A stretch of DNA of 64,000 bases, taken from positions 145,666 to 209,665 of the forward strand of contig JBJKZP010000008.1 of assembly GCA_045560235.1 (NCBI GenBank), in the 5' to 3' direction. Source of the DNA: Fidelibacterota bacterium (GTDB lineage: Bacteria; Fidelibacterota; Marinisomatia; Marinisomatales; Marinisomataceae). The notes under the pieces are model-generated. The model was not told the DNA's origin. It ran no database searches and saw nothing but the letters and a program-made list of their open reading frames with translations. Both the position numbers and the translations under genes were made by a program. Of the stretch, positions 26,729 through 35,355 are shown in pieces (within the stretch, counting starts at the first letter, position 1; each line of letters begins with the position of its first letter).

Positions 26729-27497
26729 ATCTTTAAAAGAGCTTATAGATATTGTAATTAAACTAAGGTCTGATAATGGGTGTGAGTGGGATAAAAAACA
26801 AACTCCAGAATCTTTAACTCCCCATTTAATTGAAGAAACACACGAAGTAGTTGATGCAATTCTAGATAACAATACTGAAAACTTAAAAGAAGAATTAGGA
26901 GATTTATTATTACATATTATTTTTCAAGCAGTTATTGCATCAGAAAGAGATCAATTTGAATTAGATGATATTATTAAGAGTATCAATAAAAAATTAACCA
27001 ATCGACACCCACATATTTTTGATAAAAACTATAATGGAGATGATCCTTCCAAAACAAAGAATTGGGAGCTTAATAAGAAAAAAGAAAAAAAAAGAAAATC
27101 AATTCTAGATGGAGTGCCAAATTCCCTTCCTCCGCTTGTTGTGTCACAAAGATATCAAGATAAAACTGGAGCTGTTGGTTTTGAATGGGAAAATTCAAAT
27201 CAGGCAATGCTTAAAGTAGATGAAGAATTAAATGAACTGAAAAATGCTATTAAAAATAGCGATAATAAAAATATTGAAGAAGAAATTGGTGACTTATTAA
27301 TCACAGTTGTAAATATAGCTAGATTTTTTAATGTATCTGCTGAGCTTGCATTAAAAAAAACAAATAAAAAATTTTACAAAAGGTTTCATTATATTGAAAA
27401 AACAGTTACAAATAAAAAGCAAAATATTGAGGATTTATCTTTAAAAGAGCTTTTAAAATATTGGGAGAAAGCAAAAAATGAAGAAAGAAAAAATTAG
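26718..27497 (+). CDS. mazG: nucleoside triphosphate pyrophosphohydrolase MazG (tandem MazG domains)
   Basis: CEWDKKQTPESLTPHLIEETHEVVDAI, EELGDLLL, RHPHIF, and a second EEIGDLL repeat. Start taken at ATG 26718 (MKFESLKELI). Confidence 0.85.
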   Translation: MKFESLKELIDIVIKLRSDNGCEWDKKQTPESLTPHLIEETHEVVDAILDNNTENLKEELGDLLLHIIFQAVIASERDQFELDDIIKSINKKLTNRHPHIFDKNYNGDDPSKTKNWELNKKKEKKRKSILDGVPNSLPPLVVSQRYQDKTGAVGFEWENSNQAMLKVDEELNELKNAIKNSDNKNIEEEIGDLLITVVNIARFFNVSAELALKKTNKKFYKRFHYIEKTVTNKKQNIEDLSLKELLKYWEKAKNEERKN

Positions 27498-27912
27498 AGG
27501 GATAACTTTTGGATCATTTGATTTATGTCATTACGGACATGCATTAATGTTTGAAGAATGTAAACAATATTGTGATTATTTAATTGTTGGAGTTCAATCA
27601 GATCCTAGTATTGATAGACCTGAAAAAAATTTACCAATTCAATCACATACTGAAAGAATGGGGATTGTAAGTTCTTTAAAATTTGTTGATGAAGTGATTC
27701 CGTATAATACCGAATCTGATTTAATTAAAGTATTAAAAGAGATAAATCCTGATGTCAGAATTTTAGGAGCAGATCATGAAGGTACAGAATATACGGGACA
27801 TGAACTTCCTATAAAGTGCATATTCAACACTAGAGATCATGGATATTCTACATCTGAGCTAAGAAAAAGAGTTTATGAAGCTGAAAAAAAAGAAAATTTA
27901 ATAACCTATTAG
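27478..27912 (+). CDS. cytidylyltransferase-fold nucleotidyltransferase (TagD / RfaE-domain-II-like), substrate unknown
   Basis: GITFGSFDLCHYGHALMFEE (HxGH), LIVGVQSDPSIDRPEKNLPIQSHTER and a C-terminal STSELRKRV (ISTT-like). Confidence 0.7.
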   Translation: MKKEKIRGITFGSFDLCHYGHALMFEECKQYCDYLIVGVQSDPSIDRPEKNLPIQSHTERMGIVSSLKFVDEVIPYNTESDLIKVLKEINPDVRILGADHEGTEYTGHELPIKCIFNTRDHGYSTSELRKRVYEAEKKENLITY

Positions 27913-28488
27913 ATAGTTAAATACTAAAGTTGCAAGCAACTTAGTATATTCTAGATTTTCATTATTGATTTCATCTAATAGACTTTTATCTTGAATTGCT
28001 AAAATTCTTAGTTTTTCTCCAATAAAAATCTGCCTAGTGTTTATATCAATATTTTCAAAATTTACTTTATACGGATTATCTTTTGCAACAACAGAAAGCG
28101 AATGCTGGCTATGCGAATACTCAGGTAGAATTTTTTTTAAAAAAATTGAAAAAGTATAATCAGAAGTAAAATTATCAATAATTAATAATGAACCATTTAA
28201 TAGATTTTTTCGAAGGCTTATAATTTCAAGTTCAGATAGTTTAAGGTATCCATCAGAACATAAGATAACAATTGCGTGATTATTAAATTTAACATCATCA
28301 TCCTTACTAGTTTGTATAGAAATTTTAATGTTGGAACGATCGTTCAAAAAAGAGGTAAAAAGTGCGATATTTTCTGAATTACATTCACCCTTCAGTAAAA
28401 TTCTATCAGATTGACCATATAAATCTCCAAAAAGGAATACAGTTATTAATAAAACAACAATATTTAGTTTTTTAATCATTATTAACAA
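27898..28488 (-). CDS. hypothetical secreted protein
   Basis: Signal-like N-terminus MIKKLNIVVLLITVFLFGDLYGQ. No motif recognised with confidence. Its 3' end overlaps the convergent gene by 15 nt. Confidence 0.4.
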   Translation of the reverse strand: MLIMIKKLNIVVLLITVFLFGDLYGQSDRILLKGECNSENIALFTSFLNDRSNIKISIQTSKDDDVKFNNHAIVILCSDGYLKLSELEIISLRKNLLNGSLLIIDNFTSDYTFSIFLKKILPEYSHSQHSLSVVAKDNPYKVNFENIDINTRQIFIGEKLRILAIQDKSLLDEINNENLEYTKLLATLVFNYLIGY

Positions 28489-28510
28489 TTTAGGTTTTAA
28501 TTTTATTTAA

Positions 28511-29680
28511 ATGAAAACACTAAAATTCTATCTTATAATTTTATTAACTATATCTATAGTCACTTCTCAAGAAAGAAGTTTTGATCAGTCAATTAAAGAT
28601 ACTGAAAATCAAATCAAGCAATTGAAAAATTCTATTAATGCTGGAAATAATGAAGTTAAAAAGCTCCAGACACAATCAAAGAAAACTAAAGAAATATTAG
28701 CACTAACCAAAAAAAATATTAAGAACTCCAATACATTGATATTGACCTACGAAAGACAAATTAATCTATATAATAAACAATTGAACAATCTTGAAACTGC
28801 TATTTATAAAAATAATTTAACAATTGGAGAAATAAAGAAATCTTATGAAAAAAGATCAATTAGTCTTTACAAGAATAAGAATGTTGGACTCTCAAATTAT
28901 ATATTTAATTCTAAAAGTTTTTCACAAATGATTTATAGGTTAAAATATTTTAATATTATATCTGAGATTAATCAAAATTCAGTTGATAAAATTAAAACGA
29001 CACAAAGATTTAATAAGCAAAAAACTAGAGAAATTGGATTGTTGATGGATAGAGTTAAATCAAGTAAAAACTCAAAAAAAAATGAAATAGTACAATTGAG
29101 TGGCAAAAAAAAATATCAAGAAAAACTACTAAGCCAACTTAAAAATGAAGAAAAACTTGTTAAGCTTGAAATTGATAAACAATTACAACAGATAAAATCT
29201 TTAGAGCAATTAAGAAAGAAAATCGTTGCTGATAAAGAAAAATATAATGCTCAGCAATTGGCAAGTTTAAATAAAATTGATAGAGATATAAGAAAATATA
29301 AGGGAAAATTACAGTGGCCAGTAAAAGGAAAGATAATAAAATCATTTGGGCCTCAATGGAATCCTAAATTAAATACAACTCTTGATAATCCAGGAATAGA
29401 TATAAGCGCTAGAGCGACTACACCAGTTCAAAGTGTTTTTGATGGATATGTTTCTACTATTACATTTATTGCTGGGTATGGAACAACCGTTATAGTGGAT
29501 CATAATAATAGTTATTATACCGTATTCACACATCTTGAAAGCTTGTTGATAACAGAAGATACAAACATTAGAGAAGGTCAAAATATTGGGTATGTTTCCA
29601 ATGATAATATTATTCATTTTGAAATCTGGGGAAATAATCAAAAACTGAATCCTGAAAGTTGGTTGGTAAGTGGAAATTAA
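28511..29680 (+). CDS. EnvC-like murein hydrolase activator (coiled coil plus degenerate LytM/M23 domain)
   Basis: Signal peptide, about 250 aa of coiled coil, then an M23 fold (GYGTTVIVDHNNSYYTVFTHL). The metal motifs are degenerate: NPGIDIS in place of HxxxD and IIHFEIW in place of HxH. Confidence 0.75.
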   Translation: MKTLKFYLIILLTISIVTSQERSFDQSIKDTENQIKQLKNSINAGNNEVKKLQTQSKKTKEILALTKKNIKNSNTLILTYERQINLYNKQLNNLETAIYKNNLTIGEIKKSYEKRSISLYKNKNVGLSNYIFNSKSFSQMIYRLKYFNIISEINQNSVDKIKTTQRFNKQKTREIGLLMDRVKSSKNSKKNEIVQLSGKKKYQEKLLSQLKNEEKLVKLEIDKQLQQIKSLEQLRKKIVADKEKYNAQQLASLNKIDRDIRKYKGKLQWPVKGKIIKSFGPQWNPKLNTTLDNPGIDISARATTPVQSVFDGYVSTITFIAGYGTTVIVDHNNSYYTVFTHLESLLITEDTNIREGQNIGYVSNDNIIHFEIWGNNQKLNPESWLVSGN

Positions 29681-30734
29681 AGACATGCAAAGCGAAATAT
29701 CAAAGCTCTTAAGTTCTGCTATTAATGAGCAGAAAATTTCTAATGCTTATATTTTTTATGGAGCACCTGGATCAGGCAAGGAAGCGTTAGCCCTAGAATT
29801 TGCTAAAGAAATATCATCTACAGTTTCAGAAAAATTTATTTCTAGCGATAATATATTTTTTATTATTCCTGCAAAAAAAGATTTTTACGAAAAACTCTTT
29901 AAGAGCAAATCATTTGGTTCGGAAGAGTATAAAAATTGGAAAAATTTTTTAAGTAATAAAATTCATAATCCTTTGCAAAAAAAAATATTATCTGATAGTA
30001 AAAATATTCCTGTAGAAGCAATAAAAAACCTTAAAGAAAAAATTTATTTCAAATCAAAAAAGAGAAAAGTGGTATTAATTTTTAATTCTGAGGCTTTATC
30101 GCACGGTAGCGCTGAATCAGCAAATATGTTACTAAAAATTCTTGAGGAGCCTCCTAAAAATACAACATTTATACTAGTTACTGATTTAATTGATCAAGTA
30201 AAGCCAACAATTAAGTCTAGATGTCAAACAGTATACGTTCCAAGACTAACTTCCGATGTTATTTCAAAGATATTTTTAAGTAATAAGAATTTTTCAACTG
30301 ACTTTATATCTTTTATTGCAGATAATAATTTAAATACAATTGATAGTTTGATATTATGGAATGAAGCAAAAGTGCTTGAATGTATTAAAAGCTATATAAA
30401 TGCTATCAGATATAAAAATGCAGATTCAATTGCAAGTTTCACTAATTCAACTTTGGATTTATATATTTCATCAAAAAATGAATTTAACCTATTTTTTAAA
30501 GTAATTAAAAAGTTCATAAAATTACTTTCTATGCAAAATGAATCTATTGATTCCAAAATTGGTTTTAATGAGTTTGAGGAGCTTGCATCAATAGTAAGCT
30601 CTAAATACACAAACATGAATCATGTTGAACTAGTTAAAAATATTGAAGACTTTCATCAAACTTTAGATGCAAACGCAAATCCTCAATTATCTCTAATGAA
30701 CATGATAATAAATTCAAATAAGGCATTAAATTAG
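29670..30734 (+). CDS. holB: DNA polymerase III delta-prime subunit
   Basis: SNAYIFYGAPGSGKEALALEFAKEI, LLKILEEPP and IKSRCQ. Confidence 0.75.
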   Translation: MEIKDMQSEISKLLSSAINEQKISNAYIFYGAPGSGKEALALEFAKEISSTVSEKFISSDNIFFIIPAKKDFYEKLFKSKSFGSEEYKNWKNFLSNKIHNPLQKKILSDSKNIPVEAIKNLKEKIYFKSKKRKVVLIFNSEALSHGSAESANMLLKILEEPPKNTTFILVTDLIDQVKPTIKSRCQTVYVPRLTSDVISKIFLSNKNFSTDFISFIADNNLNTIDSLILWNEAKVLECIKSYINAIRYKNADSIASFTNSTLDLYISSKNEFNLFFKVIKKFIKLLSMQNESIDSKIGFNEFEELASIVSSKYTNMNHVELVKNIEDFHQTLDANANPQLSLMNMIINSNKALN

Positions 30735-30737
30735 CAT

Positions 30738-32213
30738 ATGCAAAAATATTATTTAACTACTCCTATTTATTATGTCAACGATAAGCCTCATATAGGGCAT
30801 GCTTATACAACTATTTTAGCAGATACTATTGCAAGGTACCGAGCCTTGTTAGGCGAAAAGCCAATACTCTTAACAGGTCTTGACGAACATGGACTTAAAG
30901 TGCAACAAGCAGCAGAAAAAAATGGAAAATCACCGAAAGATCATTGCGATGATATGGCCCCAGCTTTTGTAAATCTTTGGGCAAAATTGAATATAAAATA
31001 TTCAGATTTTATCCGAACAACAGAAGAAAGGCATACTACTATTGTACAAAAAATTCTTGATGAAGTTCATCAAAATGGCGATATCTACATTGATGAGTAT
31101 GAGGGATGGTATTCTGTGTCAGAAGAAAGGTTTATAACAGAAAAAGAGCTAGATAGCGGAGAGTTCGGTCAGGTAAAGAAGATAAAAGAAAAAAATTATT
31201 TTTTTAAAATGAGCAAATATCAAACACAGCTAATTGAAAAAATTAAATCTGATGAACTCTTAATTCAACCTGTTAGTAGAAAGAATGAAGTATTAGGATT
31301 TTTAAGGAATGAGCTTTCAGATTTATGTATTTCAAGACCAAAGTCGCGCCTAGAGTGGGGAATTGAATTACCATTTGATAAAGATTATGTGACCTATGTC
31401 TGGTTTGATGCTTTAATTAATTATGTATCTGCAATAGGAGCCTTTAATAACGAGGAAAATTTCGAAAAATTATGGCCAGCAGATGTTCATTTAATAGGTA
31501 AAGATATTTTAACGACACATTCAGTATACTGGCCAACCATGTTACTGTCTTTAAACATGCCCCTTCCTAAAAGAATTTTTGCCCATGGGTGGTGGTTAAC
31601 AGATAACGAAAAAATGAGTAAATCGTTAGGTAATGTTGTAAGTCCATTGCTGCTCATTGATGATTTTGGTGTTGATGCAGTCAGATATTATTTAATGTCT
31701 GAAATGGTGTTGGGAATGGATGCTACATTTTCATCTGAATCTTTCGAAAAAAAATATAATAGTGATCTAGCTAATGATTTTGGAAATCTTGTGAGTAGAG
31801 TTTCAACTTTAATAAATAATAATTTTGATTCTAAGATTCCAACTCCATTAACAATGGAAAGCGATTTAGCAAAGAACTATAAGAAAATTATTTTAAAAGA
31901 TAAGCTTGATAATCTAGAAATAGATAAGGTAATTAATGATACAATGACTTTCATAAGAAGTATAAATGTATTTATGGAAAAAAATGAACCATGGAAATTG
32001 GTTAAAGAGGATAAAAATAAGGCAGGAAATATATTATTCCATTGCGCAGAAGCATTAAGGTTATCTTCAATTCTTTTATCGCCAGTTATGCCTTCAAAAT
32101 CAGAGGATATCCTTAAAATTTTAGGATCAAAAGAAAAAAGTTTAGTATGGGGAAAATTAAAACCTAGTTCTAGTATCACGCTTTCTAAACCAATCTTTCC
32201 AAGAATAAATTAA
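30738..32213 (+). CDS. metG: methionyl-tRNA synthetase (short form without the C-terminal dimerisation domain)
   Basis: YYLTTPIYYVNDKPHIGHAYT (HIGH), KMSKSLGN and VWFDAL. Confidence 0.95.
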   Translation: MQKYYLTTPIYYVNDKPHIGHAYTTILADTIARYRALLGEKPILLTGLDEHGLKVQQAAEKNGKSPKDHCDDMAPAFVNLWAKLNIKYSDFIRTTEERHTTIVQKILDEVHQNGDIYIDEYEGWYSVSEERFITEKELDSGEFGQVKKIKEKNYFFKMSKYQTQLIEKIKSDELLIQPVSRKNEVLGFLRNELSDLCISRPKSRLEWGIELPFDKDYVTYVWFDALINYVSAIGAFNNEENFEKLWPADVHLIGKDILTTHSVYWPTMLLSLNMPLPKRIFAHGWWLTDNEKMSKSLGNVVSPLLLIDDFGVDAVRYYLMSEMVLGMDATFSSESFEKKYNSDLANDFGNLVSRVSTLINNNFDSKIPTPLTMESDLAKNYKKIILKDKLDNLEIDKVINDTMTFIRSINVFMEKNEPWKLVKEDKNKAGNILFHCAEALRLSSILLSPVMPSKSEDILKILGSKEKSLVWGKLKPSSSITLSKPIFPRIN

Positions 32214-32971
32214 TGTCTTTAATTGATACTCACGCCCATCTTTACTATGAAAGCATGGAAAACTTGCTTTCAGAAGTGCTTGAAAGAGCAAGTTCCAAAG
32301 GAGTAAACAAAATAGTCTGTATAGGAACAGATATAGATACTTCACTAAAATCAGTCAATATTGCAGAGAAATACGATAATGTGTTTGCTACTGTTGGTAT
32401 TCATCCACATGATGCTAAGGATGTATCATCGGATTATATCATGCAATTAGAAGAGCTATCAAAGCATGATAAAGTAGTAGCAATAGGAGAAATAGGTATT
32501 GATAATTTTAGAAATTTATCTCCAATAAATATTCAAAAAAAAGTAATGATTGAGCAGATAGAGTTGGCAACATCGCAAGATCTTCCAATTGTTTTTCATA
32601 ATAGAGATGCAGATGATGATATTCTAGATGTTTTAAATAGTTATAAATTCTATAAGGCTCTGGCGCATTGTTATTCTAGCGATTTATCATTTGCAAAAAA
32701 ACTTATTTCATTAGACATATTGCTATCATTCTCAGGAAATGTAACATTTAAAAATGCAACTAATATTGAAGTTGTTCAAAATATTTCATTGTGTGATTTT
32801 GTTTTAGAAACAGACTGTCCATTTCTAGCACCACATCCATTTAGAGGTACAAAAAATGAACCTGTTCATGTACATACTGTTGCAGAAAAAATTGCTGAAA
32901 TAAGATCAGATAGTATTCAAAATATTGCAGAAGCTACAACTAGAAATGCACAAAATTTTTTTAAAATATAA
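32213..32971 (+). CDS. tatD: TatD-family metal-dependent hydrolase
   Basis: LIDTHAHL, GIHPHDA, AIGEIGID, FHNRDA and ETDCPFLAP. Confidence 0.9.
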   Translation: MSLIDTHAHLYYESMENLLSEVLERASSKGVNKIVCIGTDIDTSLKSVNIAEKYDNVFATVGIHPHDAKDVSSDYIMQLEELSKHDKVVAIGEIGIDNFRNLSPINIQKKVMIEQIELATSQDLPIVFHNRDADDDILDVLNSYKFYKALAHCYSSDLSFAKKLISLDILLSFSGNVTFKNATNIEVVQNISLCDFVLETDCPFLAPHPFRGTKNEPVHVHTVAEKIAEIRSDSIQNIAEATTRNAQNFFKI

Positions 32972-33733
32972 ATGGTGTTTGCAAAAAAAAAATGGGGACA
33001 AAATTTTTTAGTAGATAATAACCTGCTTGAAAAAATTATCAACACAGTTGATTTAAACAAAGAGAGTAGAGTACTGGAAATAGGACCTGGCCATGGTGCA
33101 TTATCTGAAAAGATTGCTTTAAAAACTAAGAATCTTACAATGGTTGAAATTGATACTGATTTAATAGAATCAATTAAACAGAATTTGGCTATATCTCATT
33201 TTCCACTTATAAATCAAGATATATTAAAGACAAATATTAAAGATATGAATATTGATAATCCTAAAGTAATTGGAAATATTCCATACAATATTACATCTCC
33301 AATAATTTTTTGGTTAATTGATAACTTACCATTTTGGAATGAATCTTTTCTAATGGTACAAAAAGAAGTTGCGCAAAGACTAGTTGCAAAAAGTGGAACA
33401 AAGGAATATAGCAGAATCACTGTAATGACCAGCCTTTATTTTGATATTAAAATTTGTTTTTATATCTCTCCAAATGTTTTTAAACCTAAACCTAAAGTTG
33501 ATTCAGCGTTCATATCTATTAAAAAAAATAATAAATATGATATTAATAAGATGGATACTAAAAAATTTAGTCAAGTTGTTCGAATGGCATTCAATCAAAG
33601 AAGAAAAATGTTGAGAAATTCTCTTTCTTCCCTAGAAATTGATCATAACAAATGTTTAGTAGATTTTAAACAGAGACCTGAGCAGCTATCAATTGAGCAA
33701 TTTGTTGATATTTCAAACAATATTATATCATAA
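32972..33733 (+). CDS. rsmA: 16S rRNA (adenine1518/1519-N6)-dimethyltransferase
   Basis: KKWGQNFLVDNN, VLEIGPGHGALS, GNIPYNITSPI and FNQRRK. Confidence 0.9.
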   Translation: MVFAKKKWGQNFLVDNNLLEKIINTVDLNKESRVLEIGPGHGALSEKIALKTKNLTMVEIDTDLIESIKQNLAISHFPLINQDILKTNIKDMNIDNPKVIGNIPYNITSPIIFWLIDNLPFWNESFLMVQKEVAQRLVAKSGTKEYSRITVMTSLYFDIKICFYISPNVFKPKPKVDSAFISIKKNNKYDINKMDTKKFSQVVRMAFNQRRKMLRNSLSSLEIDHNKCLVDFKQRPEQLSIEQFVDISNNIIS

Positions 33734-33770
33734 TTGGCATTTCTGAATTTTATCGTTAAGTTTCCGCACA

Positions 33771-33965
33771 ATGATTGAAGTAAATATAAAAGATAACGAA
33801 TCTCTTGAAAGAGCCTTAAGACGTTTCAAAAAGAAGTGGGAACGTTCTGGCGTGCTTAAAGATGTAAAAAGAAAAGCATTTTATGAGAAGCCAAGCGTAA
33901 CAAAGAGAATCGCTAAAAAACAAACTATCCGCAGAGCAGTAAGACTAGCTAAGTTTAATAACTAA
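33771..33965 (+). CDS. rpsU: 30S ribosomal protein S21
   Basis: 64 aa and basic. SLERALRRFKKKWERSGVL ... FYEKPS matches the S21 pattern. Confidence 0.9.
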   Translation: MIEVNIKDNESLERALRRFKKKWERSGVLKDVKRKAFYEKPSVTKRIAKKQTIRRAVRLAKFNN

Positions 33966-34017
33966 TTAGTCGATAACTCCTCTTTCAATTCTAGTTAAAA
34001 ATTTCTAACCTTCTACT

Positions 34018-35355
34018 ATGTTTATAAGAAGCGCATCAGGCTTAAGAGGAATAGCGAAAGAAGATTTTTCTTCAGCTGTCATAGATCAATACATTTCCTC
34101 ATATATTCAAAATCAGAATATCCATAAATGTACTATAGGGAGAGATGGAAGAAAGTCAGGAGTAGAAATTTCAGAATGGGTTATTGATTCTTTAATCAAG
34201 AACGGAGTTGATGTGGTTAACTGTGAATTAGCAACTACTCCTACCATGCAATTAATTACAGAAAAAAGTCAGTGTGATGGAGGTATTGTTATTACAGCCA
34301 GTCATAACCCTTCAGAGTACAATGGATTAAAATTTTTGCAAGCCGATGGAACTTTTTTAACCCTTAAACAATGTGAAAAATTATTTAAATCAGTTGATAA
34401 TAAGATTCAAAAAGAATCAACAGCATCTATTGGGAAAATTTCAAATTATAAAGATGCTGATAAGGATCATATAGAAGCCATTTTTAAATTATCATGTATT
34501 GAGCCAGAAAAGATAAAGAATAATAAATTTAAAGTTATTATAGACGCTACGAACGGTGGAGCTTCGAAAATTCTACCCGCTTTGTGCAAAGCATTAAACT
34601 GTTCAGTTACAATGATTAGTTGCGATGGTAATGGAGATTATTCTAGAAATCCTGAACCATTATCAATCAATTTAAGAGAGCTAGAAAAAAGAGTTATAAA
34701 AGAAAATGCCGATATAGGATTAGCTACAGATCCGGATGGCGATCGATTATCTATTGTTTCGAACAAGGGAATAGCAATTGGCGAAGAGCTTTCTTTACCA
34801 TTAGCTATTATGAATTATAGTTTTTACTCAAGTCAATCTGAAACATTTGTTACAAATTTATCCACATCAATGATGGTTGATGATGTTGTTAATAGATTTA
34901 ACGGTACATTAATAAGATCAAAAATAGGAGAAGCAAATGTTGTATCTTTGATGAAAAAACATAATGTTAATCTTGGCGGAGAAGGTAATGGTGGAATCAT
35001 TCTTAAAGAAGCTCACTTAGGTAGAGATTCGTTAGTTGGAACAGCTATGGTATTAAATTTAATGTCAATTAAAAGGAAGCCTCTGAGCAATATTATTACT
35101 GAAATTCCCAAATATGTTTTTATTAAAGATAAAATCGAACTTAATTCAAGCAAAGAAATAGATATTGATAGGCTTGATAGTGTTTTCAATTGTGACGAAA
35201 TTAATAAGTTGGATGGCATTAAATTTATTTGGAAAGATAAATGGATTCATATTAGAAAATCTAATACTGAGCCAATCCTAAGAATTTTTGCTGAAGGAAC
35301 ATCGATTAATGAGCTGAAATCATTAACAAAAAAGTTAGAAGAATTTGTAAGATGA
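34018..35355 (+). CDS. alpha-D-phosphohexomutase (phosphomannomutase / phosphoglucosamine mutase family)
   Basis: GLRGIA, phosphoserine loop TASHNPSEYNGLKF, Mg loop DPDGDR and sugar loop GGEGNGG. Specificity cannot be decided by eye. Confidence 0.8.
   Translation: MFIRSASGLRGIAKEDFSSAVIDQYISSYIQNQNIHKCTIGRDGRKSGVEISEWVIDSLIKNGVDVVNCELATTPTMQLITEKSQCDGGIVITASHNPSEYNGLKFLQADGTFLTLKQCEKLFKSVDNKIQKESTASIGKISNYKDADKDHIEAIFKLSCIEPEKIKNNKFKVIIDATNGGASKILPALCKALNCSVTMISCDGNGDYSRNPEPLSINLRELEKRVIKENADIGLATDPDGDRLSIVSNKGIAIGEELSLPLAIMNYSFYSSQSETFVTNLSTSMMVDDVVNRFNGTLIRSKIGEANVVSLMKKHNVNLGGEGNGGIILKEAHLGRDSLVGTAMVLNLMSIKRKPLSNIITEIPKYVFIKDKIELNSSKEIDIDRLDSVFNCDEINKLDGIKFIWKDKWIHIRKSNTEPILRIFAEGTSINELKSLTKKLEEFVR

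Noticed and set aside
28511-29680. Active M23 endopeptidase
   Set aside because: The HxxxD and HxH metal motifs read NPGID and IIH. I therefore call the protein an EnvC-like non-catalytic activator rather than an active peptidase. This is common and not novel.
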